A DNA stretch of 64,000 nucleotides. It comes from Gordius albopunctatus. Lineage: Eukaryota. Every line of letters begins with the position of its first letter. Position 1 is the stretch's first letter. The DNA lies in NCBI GenBank assembly GCA_964276515.1, contig OZ193909.1:17546001-17610000 (forward strand), written 5' to 3'. The translations under genes were made by a program, and so were the position numbers. The notes beneath the pieces are model-generated. The model was not told the origin of the DNA and made no database searches. It saw nothing but the letters and a program-made list of their open reading frames with translations. This document shows positions 11,204 to 26,200 of this stretch, one piece after another.

Positions 11204-14200
11204 ATGTCTGATAGCGAAGATTCAACTGCCGAAATAAATAATGAGGTTTAATAAATATTAATAGCTATGAAATATAGGTTAAAAATTTTGTCCTTAAATT
11301 ATTTTGAAATTTTATTAAGTAGCTAAAGTTATATATTTTATATCCTTTTTAAATTTACGAAAATAAATATATATTAGGGTGAGGATAGAGCTGAGGACTC
11401 TTTCATTGAAAATGAGGAAAATAATGAAGAAGAGGAGGAGGAGGAAGAAGATGACGAAGACGATAGCAGTAAAAAGAGGAAAAAGCCCAGATATGGAGGG
11501 TTTATTTTGGATGAAGCTGGTAATGCCTGAATAATGTTAATTTAATTAATATTTTATATGACTAGTGAAATCATTGTTTTTTATTGTTCTATTTTAATTT
11601 TTTTCGCTTTTATGTATCTGCTAATCATGGTTCATATTAGCATGTATTTTTATAATGATTATAAGTATATGCTAAAATGTATTAATTTAGAATAATGAGT
11701 TTGAAAAGACACTAAATTCTCATATAACTTATAAATGAAGAGTTGTAGTTTTTATAATAGGGTTCTAAAATCTTGTACTAGATTGATCTATAATATACAT
11801 GAAAACCTTTTATTACTAACAAATTCTTAATAGCACATATGTTATTTCACTATTTTGAAATAGATTTTGCTAATATTTAGAGAGACTAATCAAAACAATG
11901 AACTTTTTTTTTATATATTTTGCAGGCTAAGCTTAAAAAAACAATTTTTAAGTAAAGCTTTGACAATTTTGAATTTTATATCTTTCCTAACATTTTTCAA
12001 TCACTATTATAACAATTTTGCATTTATAAATTTTTAAAAACAGAGGTTGATGATGAGGGCGAAGAAGAGGAAGAATGGGAGGAAGGAGCAGAAGATTTAA
12101 TTGATAGGAGATCAATTAGTGGAGAAAGCACTGCTAGAGATGTGGAGGGGGCTAGACGTTTGGCCCATATGTTAAAGTAACTATTCTTAATATTGCCTAT
12201 TTTATTTGCAATAATAAAAATTTATTCAATTAATTTTAACTTTTCTTACTTTTTATGAAATTAATATGAAGACTTGTCCCACACTAAAAAGATTTAAAAG
12301 TCAATTTGTGTGCCTTTGTTTTGATAAAATTTATGTTTCATATAGTTTTTCTCGCAATAATTATGAATATACTCTACAAGAATTATGTAATGTTTATTAT
12401 GTTAAATGTATTCTCTACAAATTAATATCATGCTCAAATGGAAAAGCAATAATGCTATATAAAATTCATACTTCATGGAATAATTTTGTTATAAATTTTT
12501 TGACTGGAAACTCTTTTTAATGGTAGAAGCATTGTAGCAAACTTCGACTTAATACATCTTTTTTCTTAGTCAAAAGGAAGATGAAATTGAAGAATATTAT
12601 AGAAGAAAATATGCCGAGGTTTCACACGATGATAAATATGGGCAAGGTGATGAACAGTTATCAGAAGATATCACTCACCAAGGCCTTTTGCCAGGAATCA
12701 AGTTAACCTATTTAAATATATTAAATCTTGTAAATTAAAATTAATAATTATAAGAATAGGAAGTTATAAATAATTATAATTTTACAAAATTAATATTTTC
12801 ATAAAAATACAAATGTTTTTAAGGCAAAACTTCAATTTAGAATAGCTCTATTAGTTGTTGGTTTTGTTTTGTAAGCATTAAATATTTTGAACCACAGCTT
12901 TTGTTTTAGAGTCTAATAGAAAATTTATATATGCTTTGATTGTTTTATATGCGACAGGGACCCAAATCTTTGGATGATAAAGTGTAGGATTGGGGAAGAA
13001 AAGGCAACTGCAATTCAATTAATGCGAAAATTCATAGCTTACCAATTCACTGAAGAGGTACATTTTGATTTCTATTATATTTAAATTATTTATTTTTTTG
13101 ATTTAATTTATTATTTATCTTTTGGTAGCCACTGCAAATAACTTCCGTTTTGTGTAAAGAAGGTCTCAAAGGGTACATATACATAGAATCCTTCAAGCAA
13201 ACCCAAGTCAAACACGCCATCAAGGATGTTGGCAATTTGAGAATGGCGCAATGGCAACAAAAAGTAGATATTTTTGATTTTAAAATTTGCTTGAATACCC
13301 TAATAAAACCTATATACACATTGGCATAGCTAGGGGGCAGGGCAGGGTGGCTGCCACCCTTTTAAATTCAAAAATTTGTCGAACTTTATTAAAATGATGG
13401 CTAAAATTTCAAAAATGACCATTTCCCCCACTCCCAATCATGATTGCCCCCCTCTAATCCCAATGCTGGCTACGCCCAAGCATATATCTATCCTTTTGCT
13501 TTTAAATTATTAACACCGTTTTTACTTCAAATTAACCCCCCCCCCACGCTTCTACAAGTGTATAAATTAATAAAGTTTCATAAATTTTACATAGGAATTT
13601 GTTATCCCTAAATATTATATAATGGGATTGAGGGCTAGTAGTAGGGGCTGGCTGGTGTTGTAAAAAGGCCTGGGTTTTGTTTGGTTCAACTAAGGCTATC
13701 CACTCTGCCCTGTTTTCAAATTTCGACCAAGCCTCCAAACTAAGAGCCTAACGGTGCTCTGTTTTTCAACTAAACTCAAAGGTCGTCCTACCAAAACCCT
13801 GCCGTTTTTTCAACACTAGTATGGCCTTTGACTTTGAAACGAGAGCTGGCCCTTTTTGTCACAAAAAATCTATAGGTATTAATACATATTTAACACGGCT
13901 ACTGCTGACTACCAAGTAGAGTTGTTATATTGCTAACTTTCTTCAACTCCAGCTACCATCTGCTCGAGTTTCTACTCGGCCCTCGAGCATTTTTATATGC
14001 TACTGCTCTGCCTAGTGTACCAAAAGCGAGCACATATTGTGCTAACGCGCATATTAAGCACCTCAGTGTGCGTGCTCGCGTCTAGAGTTTGAAGAAAGTT
14101 AGCAATTTAACAACTCTACTACCAAGTGTGACAAACAACTGCACGAATCTTTTTTTATTTTCACAATGCAAATTTTATGATGTTTGACCTGTGGATTTCA

Positions 14201-17200
14201 GTACTTGAAATGGATGGAGTTATATATTAATCTGTATTTTAACCTCCTCGATGCATTATTTCAGATGGTGCCCATCAGGGAAATGGTCGACGTTCTCAAC
14301 GTTGTTAAAGAGGTGGGCGTTTTGAAACCTAAAACTTGGGTTCGGTTGAGGCGGGGCATTTACAAAGATGACATTGCTCAGGTCGATTTCGTCGAACAAG
14401 CCCAAAATCAGGTATTATGCACGACGCGTCGTTAAAATAATTTATATTTTTTTTGGTTTTTTTAACCTTAAATAAAAGTTTATTTGTTAAAGTCCAAAAA
14501 TTTGACAATAATATAAAATATTAATATAAAACATGCAAATCAAAATGCGTCAAATGATAAAAATAAAATGTCTTAATGTAAAATCATCGAGAGGATCTTC
14601 TGAATTGCTGTGGAGGCAGGATACGGATTAAACATTTGCTAGTTTGGTACCAAGCATAGTCGTCTTAGGAAGTTTTCATAGACTAATAATAAATAAACTA
14701 GTAATCAGCTGATAATTATTAAGTAAGAGTGTAGGCCGCCATCTTTGAGAACATATATATTTACCAACTAAACGCTATTCATTTTCTTCAATTTTAATAT
14801 TAGTTTTTAAAAGTTTGTATTAAGCTAATATCACATAACCTTACTAAACTTTCTTCATGTGTGCTTGGCCTAAATTCGGGGCGGGAGGGCAAGAGAAGGA
14901 GTAAACATCGCGTATGTAGGATGCACTCTGATGTAGTCCCTTTTTCATAGTGCGGCGAGTTTTGATAAGGGGAAGGGGTCCACGGTAACTATAAATTACA
15001 TACATTAATCTACAGGAATAAATTAATATTTTTCAGTATAAATTGAAAATTCCGTGACAGAATAGCCTCAAAAAAGATTAAAATGGCCATTTTCGCACCT
15101 ACAACCTCGTTTATCTAAAAAACCGGAAGTTTTGGAAAATTCCTCTATTAGAATTATTGGTCTGATTCCGGATGGAATCATATAGGCAATATGTTATATT
15201 AGTTTGTGGTAGCTTTCGACAAATTTAAAAGGAGATTCTTTTTACAATCCTAAATACGGCGAGATTAAGTTAAAAACTATTACACTTTCTCGCTCAGGTT
15301 CACCTCAAACTAATACCCCGGATAGATTACACGAGGAACCGGGGTGTCCTTAGGAACACGAACCCGACCCCGACCCCCGATAAAAAGTCTTGGGGACATT
15401 TTAAAGGTCGCCGGCCTGCGGCTAAGCTATTCGACGTGGACGCTATCAAAGCCATAGGTGGAGAAGTGAGTTTGGATGGCGACTTTTACATTTTCGAAGG
15501 CAATCGATACAGCAAACGCGGCTTTCTCTACAAAAATTTCACCTTGTCTGCCGTTATGGTCGAAGGTAAAACGCTTGAAATTATAGTTTTTTACTCTCCC
15601 CTTTTCCTAATTTTTTTTGTGGGTAAACGTACGCACTTACATGAAATGCGTCTTTTCTTTGTAGTCCCGTAAACACGGCCGAGTTTAGTTTGATCGACCT
15701 TTGGCTTATTTGACTATAAATAGACGGACGGTTTTTTGGTCAAAGCTTTGGTCCATTTGTGCGACTAAGAAAACAGGCCATAAAATCGTTGGTTTGTTGA
15801 TGTTTAGCAGACCAACCTTCTTTACAGCGTCATTTTTTTGAATCGATAACATTATTTTTTAATCATTTTCGCCTTGCATTCGTTTCCATCCCACTCATTT
15901 TTTAGAATTCGAGAAAATCACGGATGAATACAAGGGGTGCCTGCCTCCCCCTAAATCAAATAATCCCCGAAAATATAATGTAATTATGGCTAAGACTAAA
16001 TTATTATTGCCCCCTGCCCCCCCCCTCTATTCTGGCCACGCCCATTTGCTTAGCGATGTAAGGTTGGCATTAATACGTCATCAAAGGGACTTTGAGCTAG
16101 CACACCATTGTGCTTATCACCTCTAGGCTGGCGGTCATCAGTCCTTTCAACATTAATCCCCATTTGGCTCCTCCATATTTACACATAGATCTTTATTTAT
16201 CTTACGTGCATTTTCATGTCTTGCCTTATTTTGTGAATCCACCCAAGCTTGGGCCTTCAGCTCTTTTTCCCTCTTTAGCCAAATTTATCTTCTCGATGAT
16301 CTTCCCGACTCAGCTATCCCCCCTCATCTCTTCTACATAATTTGTTTGTTACGAACTTTGTCTTCGTAGTTGTTGTACCGGGGATTTCTTCCTTTTCTCC
16401 ATTTCTCTTTACTGCTTAGGTGAAGAAAAAGTGGTTATGTTTTCTATTGCTTCCATGTTTTGTTTGAATGCCTGCAATTTTTCCATGAATTTTCAATATA
16501 TGGCAAAAAACGAAATCAAAGTTTTGCAAAGCCAATTTGTTTCTTACTTGAACCCTGTCCTACTCTAAATGCTGACGCCAACCCCTTTTTAAAATAACCA
16601 AGCATAATTTTAAATCCAGCGGCACGACTAAAATCAATTTACTTACACTTTTATGATCTACTACTATTTGAAAAAATGCATGCAAAGCCCATTTTCTTAA
16701 ACAAAATCGATTTTTTAATTAATTTTTTTTTTGATTGACCGCTCCAATTTTTATACAATAATGAAGTTGTCTGGGGTTTTTCAATAAACATTTGTCTTTT
16801 TTACTTTAGGTTTATTAAATAAAGCCAATCCCCCTGCAAATTTTGTGAATGTATGGCCTAAAGATTTTAGGTTGTCAAAGATGTGTTTGTTTAATAACAA
16901 TTGCTCAAACCTTAGGTGTGGCGCCCACGTTATTGGAGCTCGAGAAATTTACCGACAACACGGACGCTCTCGAAGACATCCCGATAAACGTGAACAAATT
17001 GATAGATTCAAACTGGTGAGCTCCGTGATTTACACCCTAAAATTGCCTTCATCCTGCAAAATATTATATTATTAAATTATTGACTTTTTGATTGCTATGC
17101 AATTTATGGGCTCGCTTTTGGCTGTCCGTCCGCCCTGTCCAATTTGTACTTCTTGAATAATTGCTGTGGAAATTTATACAGGTTTTTAATGGCTGTGGGC

Positions 17201-20200
17201 TTATCTTTTTTCGACCTCGCCTGAGCCCAGGTTCCAGTATTATTTTTGTGCCCGACTATTTAATTACCTAGTTATCATTTAACAATTTTCGGCAACTTAT
17301 CTAGGTTGTTGCTATATATCAAATAATTGCATGACTGGCTAAATAATGCAAATCGATGTGACCGTTGCTTACTTCTACTTTATCTGACCCCCCGGCCAAA
17401 GGCCAACCTTCTCGTTAATTGCTATTTATATATGCTGCCTTTTGTGTATTTCCTTTCCCAATTTATCCGGGTTGTTGCTTTATAACGGACGGAATCGGCT
17501 AAATGATTCCCTGCAAATTATTATGACCGTTGCTTACTTCTACTTTGTCTGACCCCCCGGCCAAAGGCCAACCTTCTCGTTAATTGCTATTTATATATGC
17601 TGCCTTTTGTGTATTTCCTTTCCCAATTTGTCCAGGTTGTTGCTTTATAACGGACGGAATCGGCTAAATGATTCCCTGCAAATTATTATGACCGTTGCTT
17701 ACTTCTACTTTGTCTGACCCCCCGGCCAAAGGCCAACCTTCTCGTTAATTGCTATTTATATATGCTGCCTTTTGTGTATTTCCTTTCCCAATTTGTCCAG
17801 GTTGTTGCTTTATAACGGACGGAATCGGCTAAATGATTCCCTGCAAATTATTAAGATCGTTGCTTACTTCTACTTTGTCTGACCCCCCGGCCAAAGGGGC
17901 AAAATTATTAATGGTTAATTGCTATGATTTCTTCCAACCCCAAATCACAATTAAATATTTGTACCATCATCCTTCCTTCATTATATTTCATGCTCCAGCT
18001 TTGCCGCGGGCGATGTTGTACAAGTGATGGAAGGCGACCTCATCCATTTACAGGGTAAGGTCGTCACGGTGGACGGGATGAACGTCATCATAAAACCGAA
18101 TCATACCGAACTCAAAGATTTGCTCAATTTCCAGGCTCACGAATTGAAGAAATTTTTCAAGATCGGGGATCACGTTAAAGTAATCGCTAGCAGCACGTGT
18201 CATCGTTTTGCAGCTGTTTTGAAATTTTGCCTTTTTATATAGTTAATTTAGTTAGGGTATACACGCGTGTTGTAAAAATGGCTGGGTTTAACTAAGACTA
18301 ACGGTCGATTCTGGTCTGCCTTTCGGATTTGGACCAAGCCTTGTGGTCGACTAAGAGAATTAGACCAAAAAATCGTTGGTCTGATTATGATTAGTCCACT
18401 AAAACCAAAGGGCGACCAAGCAAAACAGCCCAGCCTTTTTTACTTGGACCAAGCCTTGTGGTCGACTAAGAGAATTAGACCAAAAAATCGTTGGTCTGAT
18501 TATGATTAGTCCACTAAAACCAAAGGGCGACCAAGCAAAACAGCCCAGCCTTTTTTTCAACACTATCATGGACTCGTAAATAGGAGATGTAATTTGTAAG
18601 AGAGGGCGTGGGCAGTCGTCATCTTGACCCACATATTCACAATCTTAACGATCTGCTGCTTCTTTTGCATGGTCTTTCATTTTCTAAGACCTCTATCGAG
18701 CTACTGTGGTAAAAGTTTTAGGAAAGTGAAAACCCGAAGAAATTTTAGGATTACACTTTGATTTTTTAAATTTGTTTAAAAATATATGTAGGACATAATC
18801 GGTGCGTAAGAATTTTTTTTTATTTAAGCTATTAATGCTTAATTGTATTTTTATATAATCAAATACTTTTGTCTCTTATTTTTTTTTGTTAAGTTTATTT
18901 TCAGGAAACAAAGTTACATAAATAAGCGAAATACAAAAATAAAGACATATTGGTTAAATACAAAGATCTATATATCATTCTCTTCTAAAATGGGCCATGA
19001 GTCGGCAAAGGATTTAAAGTTGTATCGTGCAACAAGAATCCCCCCTAGTTGTTGGCTGAGTAAAAAGGACGCAGAAATTTTAGATTTCGGGGTGCGTTTT
19101 CCGATTTCTTTAAAAAACCCCATTGCCTGTTTGCCAAAGGAACCGGAGCACGTGGCAACGACAGGGATAAAAATATTGGATGCCAAAAGGGCAGAATACT
19201 TTGTAGTTTTACGCCCTTCTTCTGTAGCGATAGGGTCGTAATTAAAATGGGAAGGGGCAAAAGGTGAATACAAGTAAAATCCCATTTGAGGGATAGGCCA
19301 TTTTTCCAGGGGACTAGAGAAGAGCCGTCAGGGCGCATCCTACCTTCAAGGGAGGGATCGGACGGCTCAAGGATTGAGGGGATTTCGGCCTTTTTAAGGG
19401 CAGTTTGAATTAATAAATTAGTTTTAATGTGCCTAGCATATTCGTCTACAACGGTAAGGCAATTTTGACAGTTGAATTCTCTGCTGTAACTAATCCCCAA
19501 CCTTAAAGCTATTGAATATGATAGCTCAAAGTCTTCAAGCAGCATTCCCAAAAGTTTGCTGGGATAGGCTTCAAGCACATTGTGACCGGAACCGTCAAAA
19601 GCGAGGGACCTAAGGTTGTAATGCTGCTGGCTATCATCACTGCTCGATAAAAGGTAATCAACGGAGCGTGATACTAGTCCAGAATTCCAATCCTTTTGTC
19701 TCGTGCTTTGAGGTTGGATGGTCTCGGGTGTGACATTCAAATTCCAAAGCTCCAAAGCTTGAGTTAGCAGGGGGTCGGAATCATGTTTTATGAGATTAAA
19801 AATTAAGTTTTGGACCGACTTAAAAGAGGAAATAAAAGCGGCTAGCGATATGCTGCCGGGAGGGCGAATTCCTAATCCTCCAGATTTGGTTGGGAGGGAT
19901 GCTTGAATCCAATTGTTAGTATTAAATTTTAAATTTTTTCTAATAAAGTTTTTAAAAAGTCTTCGTACGACTTTAAAACGTCTGGGTGTAAAAATGCGCC
20001 AGATGAGCGAAAACAATGATTAATCTTTGAGATTTTAAAATAGTTTTTGATTATGTAAAATGAGTGATGCGCTGGCAAGTTCTACAACCAAGCTTCGATT
20101 CGGCGAATACGTCATTGACTCGTCCGAAGGCATCCAACAAGGAGATCCATTAGGCCCTCCTTTGTTTTGTTTAGCCATTCATAATTAGTCGAGGCTATAT

Positions 20201-23200
20201 CATCTCAGTGTACCCTGGATTTAAATGTTTGGTATCTCGACGACGCCACCCTATGTGGCCGCCCGGAGGAGATCAGTAAAGCTATACATATTATCAACAA
20301 TTTTGAACCCACTCTGAATCTTAAATTAAACTCGAAAAAATGTGAAATCTTTCAGGGCCCCAACACTATTGACTTTCCAATTTTTAAAACATTTTTAGTT
20401 TTAGAGAAAGAAAACATATCCCTTTTGGGATCACCCATTTTTTAATCTCATAAAACATGATTCCGACCCCCTGCTNNNNNNNNNNNNNNNNNNNNNNNNN
20501 NNNNNNNNNNNNNNNNNNNNNNNNNNNNNNNNNNNNNNNNNNNNNNNNNNNNNNNNNNNNNNNNNNNNNNNNNNNNNNNNNNNNNNNNNNNNNNNNNNNN
20601 NNNNNNNNNNNNNNNNNNNNNNNNNNNNNNNNNNNNNNNNNNNNNNNNNNNNNNNNNNNNNNNNNNNNNNNNNNNAGCAGGGGGTCGGAATCATGTTTTA
20701 TGAGATTAAAAATTAAGTTTTGGACCGACTTAAAAGAGGAAATAAAAGCGGCTAGCGATATGCTGCCGGGAGGGCGAATTCCTAATCCTCCAGATTTGGT
20801 TGGGAGGGATGCTTGAATCCAATTGTTAGTATTAAATTTTAAATTTTTTCTAATAAAGTTTTTAAAAAGTCTTCGTACGACTTTAAAACGTCTGGGTGTA
20901 AAAATGCGCCAGATGAGCGAAAACAATGATTAATCTTTGAGATTTTAAAATAGTTTTTGATTATGTAAAATGAGTGATGCGCTGGCAAGTTCTACAACCA
21001 AGCTTCGATTCGGCGAATACGTCATTGACTCGTCCGAAGGCATCCAACAAGGAGATCCATTAGGCCCTCCTTTGTTTTGTTTAGCCATTCATAATTAGTC
21101 GAGGCTATATCATCTCAGTGTACCCTGGATTTAAATGTTTGGTATCTCGACGACGCCACCCTATGTGGCCGCCCGGAGGAGATCAGTAAAGCTATACATA
21201 TTATCAACAATTTTGAACCCACTCTGAATCTTAAATTAAACTCGAAAAAATGTGAAATCTTTCAGGGCCCCAACACTATTGACTTTCCAATTTTTAAAAC
21301 ATTTTTAGTTTTAGAGAAAGAAAACATATCCCTTTTGGGATCACCCATTTTTTAATCTCATAAAACATGATTCCGACCCCCTGCTAACTCAAGCTTTGGA
21401 GCTTTGGAATTTGAATGTCACACCCGAGACCATCCAACCTCAAAGCACGAGACAAAAGGATTGGAATTCTGGACTAGTATCACGCTCCGTTGATTACCTT
21501 TTATCGAGCAGTGATGATAGCCAGCAGCATTACAACCTTAGGTCCCTCGCTTTTGACGGTTCCGGTCACAATGTGCTTGAAGCCTATCCCAGCAAACTTT
21601 TGGGAATGCTGCTTGAAGACTTTGAGCTATCATATTCAATAGCTTTAAGGTTGGGGATTAGTTACAGCAGAGAATTCAACTGTCAAAATTGCCTTACCGT
21701 TGTAGACGAATATGCTAGGCACATTAAAACTAATTTATTAATTCAAGCTGCCCTTAAAAAGGCCGAAATCCCCTCAATCCTTGAGCCGTCCGATCCCTCC
21801 CTTGAAGGTAGGATGCGCCCTGACGGCTCTTCTCTAGTCCCCTGGAAAAATGGCCTATCCCTCAAATGGGATTTTACTTGTATTCACCTTTTGCCCCTTC
21901 CCATTTTAATTACGACCCTATCGCTACAGAAGAAGGGCGTAAAACTACAAAGTATTCTGCCCTTTTGGCATCCAATATTTTTATCCCTGTCGTTGCCACG
22001 TGCTCCGGTTCCTTTGGCAAACAGGCAATGGGGTTTTTTAAAGAAATCGGAAAACGCACCCCGAAATCTAAAATTTCTGCGTCCTTTTTACTCAGCCAAC
22101 AACTAGGGGGGATTCTTGTTGCACGATACAACTTTAAATCCTTTGCCGACTCATGGCCCATTTTAGAAGAGAATGATATAGATCTTTGTATTTAACCAAT
22201 ATGTCTTTATTTTTGTATTTCGCTTATTTATGTAACTTTGTTTCTTGAAAATAAACTTTTTAACAAAAAAAAATTGTTGAGGTGTGCCATGATTTTAGGC
22301 ATAGCAAGCTCCTGACAGATTCATGAGTTTAACTATTACGATGTTTTCGAATAGTCAGAGACGCCTTCAAAAACAATCTTTCGGAAGGCACCGAGGTCGC
22401 CGAATTTCTCAGAAACTATTATTATTCTTTCTATTGGGACTTTGCAGCTTTAGGTAGCACAATTGCTCCTACAGACTTTAAAGCCCACATCCAAAATTGA
22501 GGCTCGACTTACTTTTATTTTTTACTGCTATAACCAGCTGTTTACTAGCCTATAGTAAATTATGATTAGATTCGTTCGGCATTCAAACAGATTATTATGA
22601 TCAGTAAAAATGTTATGCAAAATAAATGGGTAAAAGAGCTTAAAAGGTGAAAAATATTTTTTAGACCCTCCTAGGGTAGCCATGTTTGTAAATTTATGTG
22701 TCTTGCTTAATCAACTTGAAATCCGTTTGCTTAATTTAAACACCATTTGTCACATTAATTTTAAAAGGGCGCCTTATTGCAATGGGAATGTTAGTTTTTT
22801 AAATCTTTTTTTGTGCGCGAAAATAATAAAGAATACACGAGGTTCGATCAGTTAAAGTAAATAGTAAAATAACATAGCTATCTACGGACTATTTTTAAAT
22901 CCTTGTAACTTCAGGGATTTGAGAAGATTATACTCATAGACATCCCCCTTCTTTTTTTAAATTTTTTTTTGTATAAATTTATAATTCTTCTAAAATTTCA
23001 GTTTTAGCTGAAAAAACACAATTTTTTGCTTAACATAAAATCGAAATTAGGTATTGTCGGGAAGTTACGAAGGGGATACTGGCTTAGTGGTGCGCGTGGA
23101 AGAAAATATGATTGTCTTGTTTTCCGACCTCACCATGCACGAAATTAAAGTGCTACCCAAAAATTTACAACTTTCTCAAGACACAGCCAGCGGAGTTGAT

Positions 23201-26200
23201 ATCATGGGTCAATACCAGTGCGGGGATCTAATCCAACTCGAGTAAGTTTCGCAACTTTTTCCTAGCTCCCTCCAGACCCACCTACACATTTTTGCAAACT
23301 AACCTTGTTTTTTTTATAAATTTTTGAAATTAACATAATCTATATGAAAACCTTAAAATTTTAACCTCCAGGAGGAGTTTTTTTTAAATATACATTTAAC
23401 GTTCTTTGATTAGAATGTTATATTTACACTAAATACGATTGAAAAAATGTATGCTAGTCCTCAAAGCGTGGGTGTTATAGTACGATTGGAAAAGGAGTAT
23501 TTTCAAGTGCTAAACACGGCCGGCAAGGTGATTCAAATCAAACCGCAATCAATTTTGAGGAAAAAAGATACGAGTCGGGCTGTGTGTTTGGATTCGGGAG
23601 ACAACCCCCTGCAAGCCAAAGATATCGTCAAAGTAGTGGACGGTCCTAATTCTGTAAGTCACCTAGGGGAAGTAATCGATAATTTGTCAAGTTTAAATTG
23701 AGGTGTAAAACACATTAGTTTTGGTTAGTAGAATAAGTATTAGAAATTGGCTAAAATGAGATTTGACCCTATTTCTATTGATTTGACCTTGGAAATTTAA
23801 TATATAAACGCAATTATTTCGGATTTCAGGCTTTTCAAAGATTTATATGTATATAACTAAGCATAGTGGTGCCACAACTCTTTTGAGATTTTAATTCTAT
23901 GTTTTGTGTATTTTATTAATTGATATACATATTTTAACCCCCGTAATTTTTAAATTAGAAAAACGTGTCTGCAATTTATTTTACAAATTATTCGATTTTA
24001 TTTTCCAGGGCCGACAAGGTTGTATCAAGCATATATTCAGAACTTTCGTGTTTATACATTCTCGCCTCATGACCGACAACGGGGGCATGTTTGTATGTCG
24101 GGCCAAGCACCTCTTACTAACCGGGGGAAATGTTAAGGTATCCAAGAGAGTTTTGCCTCTAGTGTTGGGGTTTATAAGACTCCAACGTGTTACTATGTTA
24201 TTTGAAAAGTTGATATGTGTAAAGTTGTTAATTTTTAAAAAGGGGAACTACTTCAGTCATAATTCCTACTTTTTCGATAAGATGACGTGAAGTACCTGTT
24301 CCCTGGGAAGAAAACTTCCAAAAATATGTACACCTGTGTGATTATTAATTTATGAATCTGGGTATATTTTGAAAATTATTGTTGTGAAGATAAACGCTAT
24401 CAATTTGACTGAAACAATCTATCTCTCTCCGGCCCGATTACTTTGGCTCAGTTTTAAAATCCTTAAATCAGTAGTAGTTGCACTTTGATTATATACAAGG
24501 AAAGTGTAATGAATGATACAGTTAATCATTATTTTATGTTGAGATGCACTTGTGATCCTTTATGTTATACCCGATGCTGGTCTTATTCTCCAATTACAAT
24601 AAGCTTCACTCTATAAAGAAATATTATCATAAATTAAAATTTTTGATTAAAATTGTAAAAAGTGAAATGCAACCTATAGTAAAAAAACGTTATATTTTAT
24701 ATATATATTGCTTGTTTTAAGCCTATTTCCTCAACAAACCATGTATTTGCCTATCACAAGTGCATGATATATTGAAGGGCTGTCTAGAATGGGTTTATTT
24801 GTCGGAACATTATCAAATGAATAAAATAAGGGCAATAATAAACCATTAAATATTTATTTCGGATTTATTTTTTTAATCGCTCCCACCAAACACTCAAATC
24901 CACTATCTATAGTTTTATGATTAAAGGCACCGCATCAATGTCGTATACAAATTGTACTCCTTCATGCCTCTTAATTAAACTTGTTCGACAATTTTTGTTT
25001 GCGAAATTTTTCCGATTTACTTTTTCCTTTAATTGCTATTAGCCAATGCCACAACATTCTAGCATACCTAGGCGGTCTCATCGAGTTTTCCCCTTTATAC
25101 TCTATTTTCCCCCGTCAAATCATAGACTAGTAGTATGGACCCGTCCTTCACAAATTTCGTGCCCATGTCTCCTCGTATAAACGCATCCCCCAACAGAGGA
25201 AACGCCGGCCCCGGAGAAAGTCCTGGTCGAGGCGGTGGTAGAACGGGTGGTTCTAGGAATACCCGAGATCATACTATGATCGGGCAAACCGTTAAAATAA
25301 CGCACGGACCTTATAAAGGTTTGTCCTACTCTAAAAATTGCTTTATAACCTCTATTTTTAATAATAATTTGTTAATGCTTGACTTAAATTTTGATGGGCT
25401 ACCTAAATTGTTCGTAGTGTTGTAAAAACGGGTGTGGGGGGGGGGGTTTGTTTAGTCAACTAATGGTTCAGCTAAGACAAACGGTAGACTCTGGTCTCTT
25501 TTACGAATTTCGACTAAGGCGAGGGGTCGACTATAAAAAGGTGACCAAAAAAACGTTGGTCTGTCTATGTTTAGTCTACTAAAACCTAGAGTTGTTTAAT
25601 TGCTAACTTTCTTCAAACTCCAGACGCGAGCACGCACACTGAGTTGCCTAATATGCGCGTTAGCGCAATATGTGCTCGCTGTTCGGTGCAGTAGGCAGAA
25701 CAGTAGCATAGAAATACTCGAGGACCGAGCAGAAACTCGAGCAGATGTTAGGTAGCTGGAGTTGAAGAAAGTTAGCAATTTAACAACTCTACTAATCAAA
25801 ACCCATCCGTTTTACAACACTAATTGTTCCTATGCTAAAGTGATTAGTGAGCCATTAGGTTGAACTTAATAGTAAAAATTTTTTGATAACCGTGAAAAAC
25901 CTTGATAACAATAAGAAGCGTTTGAAATGCCCTAGGTAAGGGTTGAATTTACATTGGGTTATCCATCATTTTATAGTTTACTATTTCTTATATGTTTAAG
26001 ATTGGAAATTTTGACATTAAACTTGCCTTACTTAAAACTTTTCTTCTAAGATACAATTCCTAAATATGTAATTTTATTTTAACCTTGGTGCGTTATTAAG
26101 GTTATATGGGAATAGTGAAAGATGCAACCGAATCAACGGCACGAGTGGAACTGCATTCAAATTGTCAAACTATTTCTGTCGATCGATCTCGCGTTATTTC

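Noticed and set aside
17300..18565. Tandem repeats as a CRISPR-like array
   Set aside because: Units are contiguous with no unique spacers, and the context is a eukaryotic intron.
19786..21385. Direct duplication of the ~690-bp loop segment on either side of the N gap
   Set aside because: The copies look identical and both contigs break at the same arm/loop k-mer, which fits a scaffolding overlap rather than a real tandem duplication.
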